A DNA stretch of 64,000 nt from assembly GCA_002633005.1 (NCBI GenBank), contig NMRA01000608.1, forward strand, positions 91,067-155,066, read 5' to 3'. Of the stretch, positions 24,301 through 36,273 are shown piece after piece; within the stretch, counting starts at the first letter, position 1, and every line of letters starts with the position of its first letter. Position numbers and translations under genes: made by a program. Under the pieces are notes generated by a model. That model saw only the letters and a list, made by a program, of their open reading frames with translations. It was not told where the DNA came from and did no database searches. The stretch comes from Phoronis australis (Eukaryota; Animalia; Phoronida).

Positions 24301-27300
24301 CAAATATGAATTTTTTTACCAGAATGACACGATGCTCACTTCACGCAGAAGGTGAATATTTAGGCTGATCAAAAATTTGCCTCTGGGATAAAATTTAAAC
24401 AATACGACGGTACATTCAAGCAAACTTGTAAAAAACGTAAATTCATACGAACAGATAGAGTTTAGGGCTTGGAATGACAAAAAAGAGAAAAATTTTCCAC
24501 ATGATGCCTCGTCCCAAAAACAATTAGGCTAGTGTGATAGAAATAATAATAAGAGACAGAAAAGAGGAAACTGGAAATCAAATAAGAGGAAATCAAAACC
24601 AAAAAGAGGAAAATTCTAAGCCCAGAGAGTTGCCCTAAAAGCAAAGCCAAAACGCATGGCAAGTTGGGACTTGATGTGCAGTGGAAGTTTTTTGACCTGT
24701 CAAGGAAGAGTAAACACAAGGAGTTTACAACAAATTTAAACAACCACTGGCTGCTGCAGCATGCAACCAAGCACAAGGAAATCTAAATATTAGGAACCGT
24801 ATAAACAGACAGACTAATGTTGAAAACTTAAAATGACTTTCATCATAACACTTTCCAGGATCTTTTTGGTAATGTATTTGAAGTTATGGCTATAAATCTT
24901 TTAATTGCCTAATTAAAGATACTACACCTCAGTTTTGTCTGCGCTAAACATCATATCACTTTCCATATGTGGAAAGCTGATAGAGCTCAAGCCAGCACCT
25001 GTATAACACCACAGCACAAATTGCAGTCATCTCGCAATTACCTAGCATTCAAACATTGTTATGCGTTGAGCTGGTCATCCGTAAAAAAATTAACTTCAGT
25101 CTTGGATGGAAGTTAATCACCACTTTGCAGTATAGTAGAGAGGCAAAAAGATGAAACTGCAGTGTAGTGTGAAAGGTTAACCGCTGTGGCACCAGAGTAC
25201 AGTAACAACGCGTGCAGAGCATTTTGTATCACTTTTTATCCAAACATATTAGAGCCCTCGCTCACCTGAGCGGAAAAGTAATGCGGCTTGTGGAAGGCTA
25301 ACTTTTTGAGTGTGGGAAAATCGCTCTGCCCTTCGGTCACCACCAATTAGAGGGATTGTGTGAATTGAAAGTAATACTAACCTTGAGATGGTTTTGTAAT
25401 CCCTGAAGTGGGCAGTAATTTTTGGGCCTGATGAGTGGATTTCGCTAGATTTTAAAATAATTTTTCTAAAGTTAATGGAGTCAATATTCGGCTATGAAAT
25501 CAGCGCATCCAGGGCTCTAGATATTCATGATTTTTTTTATAATAATTACGTGTACATAATGCCTTTGTACTGCCATCTGGTTTTAACTTTTGACAACCCA
25601 AAGCACTAAAAAGCGTTAACTACCAATGCCAGTCATAAAGGGTTCAACTACCTTCACAGTTTACATAGAGGCTACCGTTTGTACTGAAGAACTAATATGG
25701 TCTCCAAAGGCTTACAGACTAGAGCTAGCCAGACACATGGAACAGTCAGTCAGAGATACCCAACAATATTACGATTTAATCCCAAGGTTTCCTCTCCGAC
25801 TTCACCGAGTCAGACTTGAGAGCTTGCTGTGTTAAATATTTGCTGTACACTAACACCATTGGCAACTTCCTGGAGAAGACTAAGACTGTACCAAATGGTT
25901 ATCCCAGTGCCAAGAAAACTCCTGGCAAGTCGTCATCAACACCACAGTTCAGCCATGGCTGTTACTCAATCTACAAACTAACACATTAACACAGCTTCAT
26001 GGAAGAGATAACTTAGGATACAGCTCCAATTTAAAGGGCACTGCCAGTTAAGAAGATTTACAGAACCGAAAGAGCAAAGCCTACGAAGCCCTTCATCAGA
26101 ACCACCAAGAAGTGAGAACATTCAAATGTTTTCTGGTACTTCTATCACCTATTTCCTGTGAACCAGGAGTTTAAACTTGACGCAGCAAATACCATTATTG
26201 ACTGTTTGAAGGTGAAATGATGGGTTGGCTGACTAGTAAAGATCTATTTCCTGAAATAACAGAACATTAAAATGTATTCTGCGACTTCTATCCCAAATTT
26301 TCAGTGAAACCAAGAGTTTAAACTCGATACAGCCACAAGCATTACTGACCGTTTGCAGAGGAAACACTGGTTTGGTTGATTAGTAAAGTTCTATTTGCTT
26401 AAATAATGGAACATTAAAATGTATTCTGCTACTTCTATCCCCAGTTTCCAGTGAATCACAAGTTTTAAACATGATGCAGCAAGGAGCATTACCGACTGTT
26501 TGAAGGTGAAACACTGGTTTAGTTGACTAGTAAAGCCCTATTTGCTTAATAACAGGTCAGTTGAATAGCCCTTTAAAACATGATAAGCTTAGTATTACAG
26601 ACATTCAATTTAATCGAAGGAAAGGTTACAACAGCCCAAGATAACTCGGACAACTTCCCCAGTTAGTCAACTTATTGAGCGAACCTGGAAACAGAATGTT
26701 GCTTTGCGATGTTTTAATAGAAAACAAGTTCCACGCGTGTCCCTGGTAATGAAGTGACAAGCAGGAGACGGAACTATTCTAAGAGCAAATCCCAGATTTA
26801 AATACGGTAAAGAAAAGTGAATGACTGTTTAATGAGGACATCTTGGACTAGTTTTTCCTGGACTCAAATTACAAATGTGTTGACAGCTACCTGCAAATAT
26901 GGAATTACTTAAAAATGGCACGGTAACAAACGGAGAGAAGTTCACCATTTTCTAGCAAGTTTCAGGCTTCAACATACACTGTTTTGAATTGACATTTTTA
27001 CAGAGAACACAAGTCTACAATTCGTGACCTTACAACTGAGATAAAATCAACAATAGCTGATGACAAATTAAACTAAAGGAATTTAGCAAACATTTTTACA
27101 TTAAAGCGTGCAATAGAAACGCAAAGATTGAAACCAAACTCTCTTTGTTCCACAGAATCTATTTTAGCTTTACCTGCTGAAGTTCATTCTGGACATAACG
27201 ATAATGCTACAAACATTATACTCTCCTTGTGTGGCTCAGACAGGAAGTTTATCAACAGCCAAAGGTACATTATCACAAAATGTCATTTCCAGACTCATGG

Positions 27301-30300
27301 GGAATTTTGACATAGAGCCTGGAAATACTCCCACGCAATAGGCTTGAAAACACAGCAGAACCATTTACAGTTCACACACTTAAAATTATATATGAAGTCG
27401 AAATCGAGCCACTTATAAACTGTTTTGACCTGTGAGTATGAACCAATACACTGCACAGAGGTATGATCATAATTCAAAGTTGACAAGCAGGTTGGTATAG
27501 CACACAGGTAACTTAACCTGTGAGAATGCAGGCTGACCAGACATTGCCTTTTAAATGCTGTTTGCTAAATATCTGTTTACAGGGGTCGCCATACTACTTG
27601 ATTGATCAATATGAAAGCATGCACAATCTTAAATTGCACGTTTACAACAAACAAAGTTCACCTGAACCACCTCGTGTCAAGATTGACATGTATGAACGAG
27701 ACTAAACCGAGGTATATTGAAGAAATTTCAAAACTTGATAAGTTATTGCATTAGAAAAATATTGACGAGATGCCAAAAACCTACAAGTTCCCACATTTGG
27801 ACGATGTCTAGCATTCCCCAGAACTTGTTCAAACACTCTCTTCAAAAAAACATGCTGTGAAAAACGACAGCTGTCATACCTTGTCAAAAACAAATCAATC
27901 TCGAGGCCCAGTGGCCAGCAAGGAGGAGCAGGGTATATATGTTTCACTGACACAAGTGGTCAGTGTGAACTGTGAAGCACAAAGAGCCCCCCTACTGCTG
28001 CAGCAAGTCCCTCCATATGGTAAAGATATTAAACACAAACACATGGCCATGTTGGGCTGTCTTCTGGTTATTGGCGTTAAAGCATACTCAGGAGACATAA
28101 ATCTTAATTTACAAACAATCAAGGAGACATGGTTGAAGCCCCCCTTGTCCAATAGTGCGCCCAAGTTGTTGTACAAAGACTAGCCTTTACCAATGGGTTT
28201 TACAGTTACACACCTTCCTTCAGTGGCTTTCTGAACAAAAAAAAATTTCCAGCAGCACTCACCTGATGTGAACGGGTGAACTCACCCATACACAAAGGTG
28301 AATTAATAAAAAGCCCAACTCAGTATGACATACCTTAAACCTGAACACACATTTTTGTGGCATATTAATTTAAATAGCGTTGAACAAAAGGGTCACAATT
28401 ATAACAAACCCAAGTGTACTCGGCCACAGTATACCAACTTTGAGTGTGATATGTCAGCTATACACTGCTGTTCACCTTTCACAAGGAAATACACTTTGAC
28501 ATAATCTCACTCCCACTAATAGGCAGGGGCACTTCTATTTGCCAAGTGGACCTGGTTGCAATATATGTAAATACTACAAATCCCCAAAGTCAAACAGGAT
28601 TTCTGGGCCACACAAAGAGAAGCACTCTTGGTCATGAAATAGGCACAAGCTAATGTACCAAGCTGACCCAGCTGACCACAGTTATGTCATACAGCTTCTT
28701 GCTCAAGAACTCAGGGGGAGAATTTTGAAGTGATTTATTTTTCCAGTGGACCAAAACACATCATTCACTGTTGGACAATGTTACACCTTCCTTGCACCTT
28801 TTTTGAAGCATTTTCAAGGTCACTAATTTCTGGCAGCCATGTCTTCGCAACAACACCTGAGGCAAAATGGTTCAAAGAAATTGGTCAGTTCAATTGTACT
28901 AGTGAAACATTTCTTTTCTGGCAATATCTATCAAAGATCCCCTTTCTTATATAATCTATCCACAATAATTTATATTGGCATCTTTTCTTTGATAATTTGT
29001 ACTACTGACTCTTGGTTATTATGAGAAAAACAAGGACAAGATTGTCAGAGAGTACCCAAAGCCCCAGGATGACATGGACTGCCTACTGTGACCATGGCTT
29101 TCATGAGAACCAAACTGCACCCAAAAGCGAACTGATTTTACCACTGATAATGAAATCAGTTGTTTGGCATGAGAACCTGCTCACAAAAGGCATTCAGAGA
29201 TTTTACACAGATGGCTTGCTCACATGAAAAGGTAACACATGAATACCTGAACACAATAGATTTCCTCTGAATACAGCCTACACTGAACTTGGCCCAGCTA
29301 TTCAGATGTTTATGAATAGCATTTAATGGAGGTCTTGGGCAAGAAAATGCAGTCCTTCCACAAATACAACATGTTGATGGGAATAGAAGATTGGTGACAT
29401 AAAATCAACAGTGGAATTCGAATTAAATAGAGGCTGTTGTTATGCAATTTCTGACAATGTATAACCCTTTGGGCCAGCCTACTACAGTAGCCAGGTGGGC
29501 ATTACTTGTTGATAACAAGATATCAAACAGGAAAATTAGTCCTTGAAGAGTTTAGCAAACACAACTCTCTGATAAGGCGGTGTAAAGTATATTTACATTG
29601 CAATGTGATTATACAAATTGTTTTGAACCCGCAATGAAATCATCCAATCGTTTTAATAGCCACATACAATTATGTGGAAAATATGATATTCCGAGGTTGG
29701 ACATAATTACACATCCCATTACTGGGTTACAGGCTTATTGAGTTGAAACCATGTAAATTAGATTATGGCTAATTATGCTACCACTGTTTTGGCTATTGTT
29801 TTCACATGTGACTATTGACTCGTATTAAATGCTTTTAATTGACTTTCTCTCTCAATTACACTGCCATAGCTGTGATATCTATTGATTTTCCTATTCATTA
29901 TCAAGCCAGTCATTGATTGATGGCTAACTAAAGTTTTGTAGTCTAATGACTTCAGAACTTTTATGGTCTCTTATCTCAAAACAAAATGTAGCGAATGAAA
30001 CACTAAAATCAATAGAAATTATTTCCATATGATTCTGTGTTGAACACACCAGGCAATCCAATATTTTACGACAAGTAGTAACGTCGGATATACATTTCAC
30101 CGTGCAGTTATAGACAATTAATTCACATTACTAATAACCAAGTCCCTGACTGCATATGAACAACGACAAAGGGTTAATTTATTAGAGATTCACCGTTACG
30201 TAACAAACATTTTCTTTACATAAGTTAGTGATATCTTTGGAAGTGTGCGTACAAATATGCCTTAAAAACATTTCGCCCATTATTAGACATTAACGTGATT

Positions 30301-30880
30301 AAACATCACAAGGCACTGGCCATTGGGGCAACAGGATTTCAATATGGCTGCTCGTCGTCGGAGGAAAACAAATCTCGGCATCTGTCAATCTTCCGTAGTT
30401 TTTATAAGTTAAAACAACTCACAAGAACTGTTTTGAGAGAATTTCGATTGTCTAATTATGTGAACGAAGGAGACACATGCTACTATCTGCTCTCAGACGT
30501 GAGACTTGATACTTTAAAAAGAGGAAAAATCTTCGGTCAAGTCTGGATAGAAATCGGGTCGCTTCTATTTTTGGAACCAGTTGCTCCAATTCATTCCACG
30601 AGAACTATCACCCAACAGCTGATATTGAGACTTTTGGACAGAACAAGTGAGTAACCACTAAGTAAATTTACATAGCTGAAATTGTATTTCAGGAAACAGT
30701 CCGGTTTTATTACTTATCAACTTTCTCACCTTCGTCGAGCAATCTTTCCACATGAATGAATCCTCCACCAGTCAAATTTAATTGTGGGGCTAATGTTTGT
30801 AGCTTTGTCTTGTCTTTCAGAAGTTGTGCTAAATATTCTGGTGTGTTACGTTCATCGACACTGTTAGTTTCTGTCCCCAT
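9221..30880 (-). CDS. QKI: Quaking/How-family STAR (QUA1-KH-QUA2) RNA-binding protein, multi-exon and alternatively spliced (about 315-360 aa depending on isoform)
   Basis: Minus-strand exons, all GT-AG with consistent phases: 30880-30730 ([28 protein letters not shown]...[13 protein letters not shown]1); 22455-22328 ([10 protein letters not shown]...[24 protein letters not shown]); 20694-20578 ([12 protein letters not shown]...[20 protein letters not shown]); 20107-19964 ([26 protein letters not shown]...KLLVPV); QUA2 exon 15031-14911 or 14568-14448; optional 13423-13349; 13068-12802 (Pro/Tyr-rich tail); then read-through to a stop at 12782 or distal exon 9300-9221. The motifs match QKI/How/GLD-1. 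Confidence 0.93.
13349..13423 (-). CDS. QKI: Candidate 75-nt in-frame cassette exon of Quaking
   Basis: TGCTAAC-TCTCCTGTTTTCTATTAG acceptor and GTGAGT donor, phase 1 to 1. Open frame [25 protein letters not shown]. Confidence 0.65.
14448..14568 (-). CDS. QKI: Quaking QUA2 exon, variant B (121 nt, phase 0 to 1)
   Basis: TGCTAAC branch point, TTTCAG acceptor and GTAAGT donor. Encodes [40 protein letters not shown], close to the canonical How/QKI QUA2 helix. Confidence 0.92.
14911..15031 (-). CDS. QKI: Quaking QUA2 exon, variant A (121 nt, phase 0 to 1)
   Basis: TTGTAG acceptor and GTAAGT donor. Encodes [40 protein letters not shown] with no stops. Confidence 0.88.
18885..19137 (+). mobile_element. 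hAT-like MITE, 6-bp TSD family, copy 2
   Basis: CAGGCCTTGGAAT...TTTCAAGCCCCG; TSD TATGTT; internal GAGGAAA repeats as in copy 1. Confidence 0.85.
20394..20577. repeat. 42-bp minisatellite, about 4 copies, abutting the Quaking KH exon donor
   Basis: Unit AATTGTAAGTAAGCCTACAGCCACCCATCTCAGTCCAACAAC at 20394, 20436, 20479 and 20521. Confidence 0.9.
21315..21538. repeat. 22-bp minisatellite, about 10 degenerate copies
   Basis: Unit TGTCCAAAGAGAGACCAGCCTC. Confidence 0.9.
22570..23086 (+). mobile_element. hAT-like MITE, 6-bp TSD family, long variant
   Basis: Same TIRs, TSD AAATAA, and a different CpG-rich interior with GCGGAAA subterminal repeats. Confidence 0.85.
24463..24625 (+). mobile_element. 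hAT-like MITE, 6-bp TSD family, internally deleted copy
   Basis: TAGGGCTTGGAAT...ATTCTAAGCCCAG; TSD AGAGTT. Confidence 0.85.
25250..25519. mobile_element. MITE with TAGAGCCCT termini
   Basis: TAGAGCCCTCG / CCAGGGCTCTA inverted ends; imperfect flanking duplication CATAT/GATAT. Confidence 0.55.
26116..26553. repeat. Three diverged tandem copies of an approximately 146-bp unit
   Basis: GAACATTMAAATGT...ACTTCTATC...TAGTAAAG..CTATTT recurs at 26116, 26262 and 26409. Confidence 0.85.
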
Positions 30881-30989
30881 CGTTGAGAATCTCTATCTGT
30901 CCCAACGAACTACCACAAAGGAACGTTAGTCAGCTACTAAAACAACCTCCGTCTTGCCGTCTAGTTTCTTTCCCCCCAAATTTGTTTAT

Positions 30990-31055
30990 GAACACGTGAG
31001 TCACTCTGCGCATGTCCGTCAAGTATCAAAGGGTGAAAGTTGGGCGGGGCCAAAG
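30990..31055 (-). promoter_or_regulatory. Quaking proximal promoter motif cluster
   Basis: 110-170 bp upstream of the ATG: E-box CACGTG (30993-30998) overlapping AP-1 TGAGTCA (30997-31003), NRF1-like TGCGCATG (31007-31014), and GC box GGGCGGGGCC (31042-31051). Confidence 0.55.
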
Positions 31056-33939
31056 TAATTGTAGGGGTGCGATTTCACAGGCATGTGATTTTAATATCGC
31101 GATTTCGAAGAGTGGAGACGTCCGCGGCATCAATATCGATTCAAAATTTTCCTCGAGCATGAAGACATTTTAATGATGCACGGAGTATACAAAAAGTAAC
31201 GAAATTAAATGGATTTGACATCGATTGGCTCTCGTCGTGGAATCAACACTATTTAAAATTCAGCTGGCTGAAACGTAGATTGTACACTGAACACGAAACG
31301 AACAAAACGAATTCATCGTATCATGCAATATTAACAAAGGTTTAGCTGAAACTAGCCTCTCTTCAAAATTGGTTTTTCTTCTGACATCAAAGCCCGAGCT
31401 GCAAAGTGGATCAGGCGTGCACTGAACGTCCAGCTTGGCTGTCAAATTAAGGCCCAGTTGAAGTCAAGTGGGTATTAATTCCGGCAGCCAGTGAAATCCA
31501 AGGAGTCGAAGGGACTGTTTTCGTCCACGTATAATTTTCATTAATAAATGCCGCATTAGTCGACAAGCTTTTAATAGCCGAGCGAGTCTCATTACCAGTG
31601 TATATTAGTGAACGATGGGAGTCGAACCAGAATATGATTTGAGAGCACTTTGTATAACGCGCCGCGTGATCATTTGGGAAACAAGGCAACCCTTTTTATG
31701 TCATTTTTAGTAAAAATACGGTTCGTTGATTATCCAAGACATAGGCTCCAGTTAATTAATTACGGCTCCCCGTAGTTTTATTAATTAGTCGTGCACTACT
31801 CCGGAAGTGACGATTAGGGGTTTAAGAATTTCCCACCATTTCGAAGTTCTAGCGCGTTCGAGTTACTCGACGGTGAGGATCTGTTCTGCTGTTGACTTAG
31901 TGCTGGTTTCCTAAAATTGTCGTCACCACTTCCTAACGACGAGTATTCTACGGCAATGTAGGTTGTTAGAGAACTCAATGGCTTGGGATGAATCTTTTAG
32001 CTTGTAGCAGCATGCAGTGGGTGGATATCGTGTTTGAGCCACTGGTTCCCACCTGAGCACCCAAACCGCTTACGTCCAGCCGTGTGACTCCCTCGTCACA
32101 CACTTGGCACCTTCTAAATAGATCCAATACTTTAGTCATGTCCACAATAAATAACAAAAAATGGCCACAGCGTGACACAGAATTAATTCGTTCGAAAGTG
32201 GGAAAGCGTCGTCGTTACCTGTTAAAATTCGCCAAATTTCATGAAAATCCGAACCAAACGTAAAAAAAAAATTGCCATCAGTGGGCACAGCAGTGGTCGC
32301 CGGCCACTTGACTTTCAGGCACTGTTAGTGCAGTACGACCGTTGACTGGCTTTCGTTAATTCATTAATGATAAATTTTGGTGTTTGCATTATGATTGCCT
32401 CAACTTGAGGTTTTTGACATTTGCACGGGAGTCAGCTAGGTTTACGTTTGAAACATAACTTCCCTTATCCAGTCCTTGATTTCTAACTTCCATTATCCAG
32501 TCCTTGATTTTGGTCCGACGCCGGAGGCAAAAGGATATTTGTCAATTCCTTTTCAATAGACGGCATACAAATAGGATTATCGTTGGATTTTTCTTTACCT
32601 TCTACTCTCTTCTGTTGCTTTTAGCGAATAATATCCTAACGTTGGGTTGTTATCTAAAATGGACTTAGCTGGCGTGGGAGCTTCAATAAAAAAAATTATT
32701 TTCCCCTTAGTATTCAAAGTGGCCAGATGAACATTCCGGATCATGTGCTTTCACATCAAATTTTTTCGCAGAAGGCAAAATGTTGCCACTTTCCTTGCCG
32801 CATAAAATATGATTATCACCGGGCGCTGACAATATTGTCAGGCGGAGAACTTTTTTAAAACACGTCCAAAAAAACCCGACGAATTTCATCAACCGACGTC
32901 AGCATACACCGAGAAGTAAATTACTTCAGGCTGATAACAAATATACCTCAAACTGAATGTGGAACGATGTTTATTTTTGCGTTTCAACCCGCATCAAAAG
33001 TATGCATACTTGCATAACGTCGATTTTCATATACGCAAATTCTTGTAAACCAGAAAGCAATATACATTTGACATATCGAGAAATCTCATTATACGGTAAC
33101 CCATCACGAAAAACACATTAGTGGGGTTATTTTTGAATGGGATGGATTTGTTGAAGTCTATCTGTTATCAGATTTGTTGAAGTCTATCTGTTTCAGAGCT
33201 CCAAAAATCCGTTATTTTTGCGATTTTGTTACAAATCCCCAATGCTGGTTATACGGCCTCTTATTTGCTGAAATCGAGGCTGGTAACTTTATCAGCAAAA
33301 GGTACATTTCGCCCTGTTTAATTGTTTGAAAACGAAAATCGAATTACTAGGAATTTTACTCTAATAAATAGGGTCTCATGATGTTCCTTGCCACGTGGAA
33401 TTCAGTTTCCATTAACAACTCAAGTCACACGCAATGCGTACACGCGCCAGTTTCGGATTCATTTAACAATTTTAGGTCTGGCCAACCCTTGTTAACTATG
33501 AAGCCGAGTACTAAAGATTTCGATATTCTTCTTGGGTGGGAAATCCTATGTCGGTAAAAAATATTAGGAGACCGATTTTGTCAGAGCACAGGTCTAATTC
33601 GATTTTCGTTTTTGTTGAGGTTAACAGGGCTAAATGCAGCTACAAACACCATTAAATATTTTGCTATTTATCTTGTCTGGTGAAATTCAGTGCCACTAGT
33701 AAAGAGTGGGACTGCGACTGCTGAAGTCCGTCTTGAGACTGATCTAAAAAACACCTTTTCTCGCCTACCATAACAAAAAGGAATGTGTATTTTTCATAAA
33801 GGAACTTCTATTTTTATTCCCAAGGCATGCACCCGAGCGCCAGCATCCCGGAAAAGAATACGGAAGTGGTAACATCTGCGTGTTTGGAGGACCTACTAAG
33901 AGATTTCCAGAATTTAGACGAATTCTGGTGTATTCCAGT

Positions 33940-36273
33940 CAGTAGCGGATCTACAGGGGGGGGTTCAGGGGGTTTAAACCCCCCTCCTGGGGCCAGGACC
34001 CAAAAATAAAAAAAACAAAAGCGTCTCCAGCAAAACAAAAACGGCACCGCCAGCGTGTGTAAACCCCAAGTAAACCAACTTGGAAAATTTTGAGAGGGGG
34101 GGGGTTCACTCTGAAAATATATTTTTTGCACTGCGAATTGCTGAGTCTTTGTGGCTCATCAGCAAAACACGCGGAGATCAATGGTGCACGCGTTTCCGTC
34201 GACACTTCTGAAAGAGCAGTTCTATAGCTTTAGGTAACTATATAGCTTCTTTACTCTAAGATATGTTTTGATTTGATTATGGGAAATACTGTGGTGCCGC
34301 AACCCTGATATTCAGACGAATTGACGTGCAACGTTCTTACCTCATCTGTCATGGCGTGTCATTCTATTACACTCCACACTGTTGTTAACTCGAATTTGAC
34401 TGATGTAAGTCTATAGTAAAATTGTCTTGCGCAATATCATACAGTGTAATATTTTTGAAAAAAAATCTTTTTCCGAAGCATTGCTATTGTGGCGGGCGCC
34501 GTGCTCTGGTCGCGAGTCCGTTCGAAGATACACTCTAACAAGTTATGTCTATACAAGGAATGACCAAGGGGGGACTCATATTGACAAAGTGACCGCATTC
34601 GCAAACAGTGTACAGTGCCAGAAATTGCGGGGAGGCTGTTCTTTCACAACGAAGTCTTGCGGGACTCGTGCGATGTTCAGTAGGCCTTCTAAGGAGGCCT
34701 AGTTCCGACCTCAACACCTACCGCCTTTCCACCTGCAATAAGCACACTGCCGTCTTCTATACTGGGAATTTCCGCAGGAAGGCCCACCCGATGAAACGCT
34801 CATGCCCATGGGCATTTATTTGATGTTAGTACTTCGAGTTTCAAGCGTTCAGACATTGGGACGTTTATTTCGAAAATTACAAGTGATGCAAATAGGTCCT
34901 GGGATACATCGTCAAGGTTTGAAGTAGTCCATGATGAACGGATCAAATTTAGTTGTGCATGCAAGTCTTTTAAATGGACTTGGCAACCTCAAGTGTCTTA
35001 ATGCCAACTGAGCTGAGAAACGAGATGCTGACATTGTAGAGGCTTACAAGCTCATTGACACAGCAGTTGACGAAGTGTAAGCGTTAGGAACAAACATCAA
35101 AGATATCTGGGTAGAATGGTTCCAAGACGAGCAAACCGTTGGATCCGATATACAGATTCCTCGGCAGTCTAGACAACAGAAGGATAGGACTAACGTATGA
35201 GTAACCACTGGGGATTAAAAAGTATCTATACTATAGAGAAGTTTTCAATTCAAATTTTTTTGCTTAGTACACTTTAGGTCTCGCGACGGACCAGGCCAGC
35301 TTGATTTGCGTACTAAGAAATTGAGTTTCAGTGTACTTCTGGTCCCTCGGCGAACTAGTCTTGTGATTTTTTTACCAAAGTGTGCTTTGTAAAACTATTT
35401 ATCTCAGCCAGTGCTGTTTGGTCCCGCGACAGATCAACTATTTTTATAGGGATAATAAGCACAGGTGTACTCTTGGTCTCGTGACGGACCAGGTCAGCCT
35501 TTTTGTGTACTCTCAGTGTACATCTAGTCCCTCTGCTAACTGGTCCAGTATATCTTTTCACCACTGTGCACAGGATGTTTTGGTTTCGTGAAACTGTTTT
35601 CAGATGATTTGTTTCGTAATACATTTGACGTTTTTCAATTGTTGTCAGCTTAATAAAGGGATACTTAACTATTTATGGTCGCTTTTAATAATAGACTTTG
35701 AGCTGAGAGCACCATCGTTCGCCAGTTTTTCTCGTAACGAGACTCATGTTTATTTCCGGACTAACAGTACAGGTCTTCGTTCTTAAACAACTTGAGGCTG
35801 CTGTTACGCGATCATCTGATATTCAAGTTTTTACACCCCGTCGGTGCTCCTTATGCTCTTGAATATTTGGAAGTTGTCTAAACCCCTGTATACAGACCAC
35901 ACTTTTTCGTATACGACTCTTCGTATGCTAAAAAAGGTGTGTGTAAGCAGATGTTCCAACAAAAATTTTTTCTGGTGGCGTGACTCATACCCAGATGTGC
36001 ACAATATGGTTTTACGAAACTTACGAGCCAAGTTCATGTGACGAAATCGAGAAGGTTTTAAATATCTTAAGAAAAACTCAGAGACATGTTAAGTGCCAGA
36101 AACTTTCCAGGATGCATGGAAATTTCAATATTTGGCTACAAAAACAAAAAAATGTCTTACACGGGAGGGGGTTTCCCCCTCCCGACATCATTCCCCGCGC
36201 GGCGCCACTCGCCTAGGATTCGACCTTTGCGGTAATCCTAACCCCCCTTACTGAAAACGTAGATCCGCCATTG
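33940..36273 (+). mobile_element. Decayed hAT-type DNA transposon (about 2.3 kb) with transposase remnant
   Basis: TIRs CAGTAGCGGATCTAC / GTAGATCCGCCATTG. 35018-35197 translates KRDADIVEAYKLIDTAVDEV*ALGTNIKDIWVEWFQDEQTVGSDIQIPRQSRQQKDRTNV, resembling THAP12/ZMYM1-like hAT transposases. No clean TSD. Confidence 0.7.
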
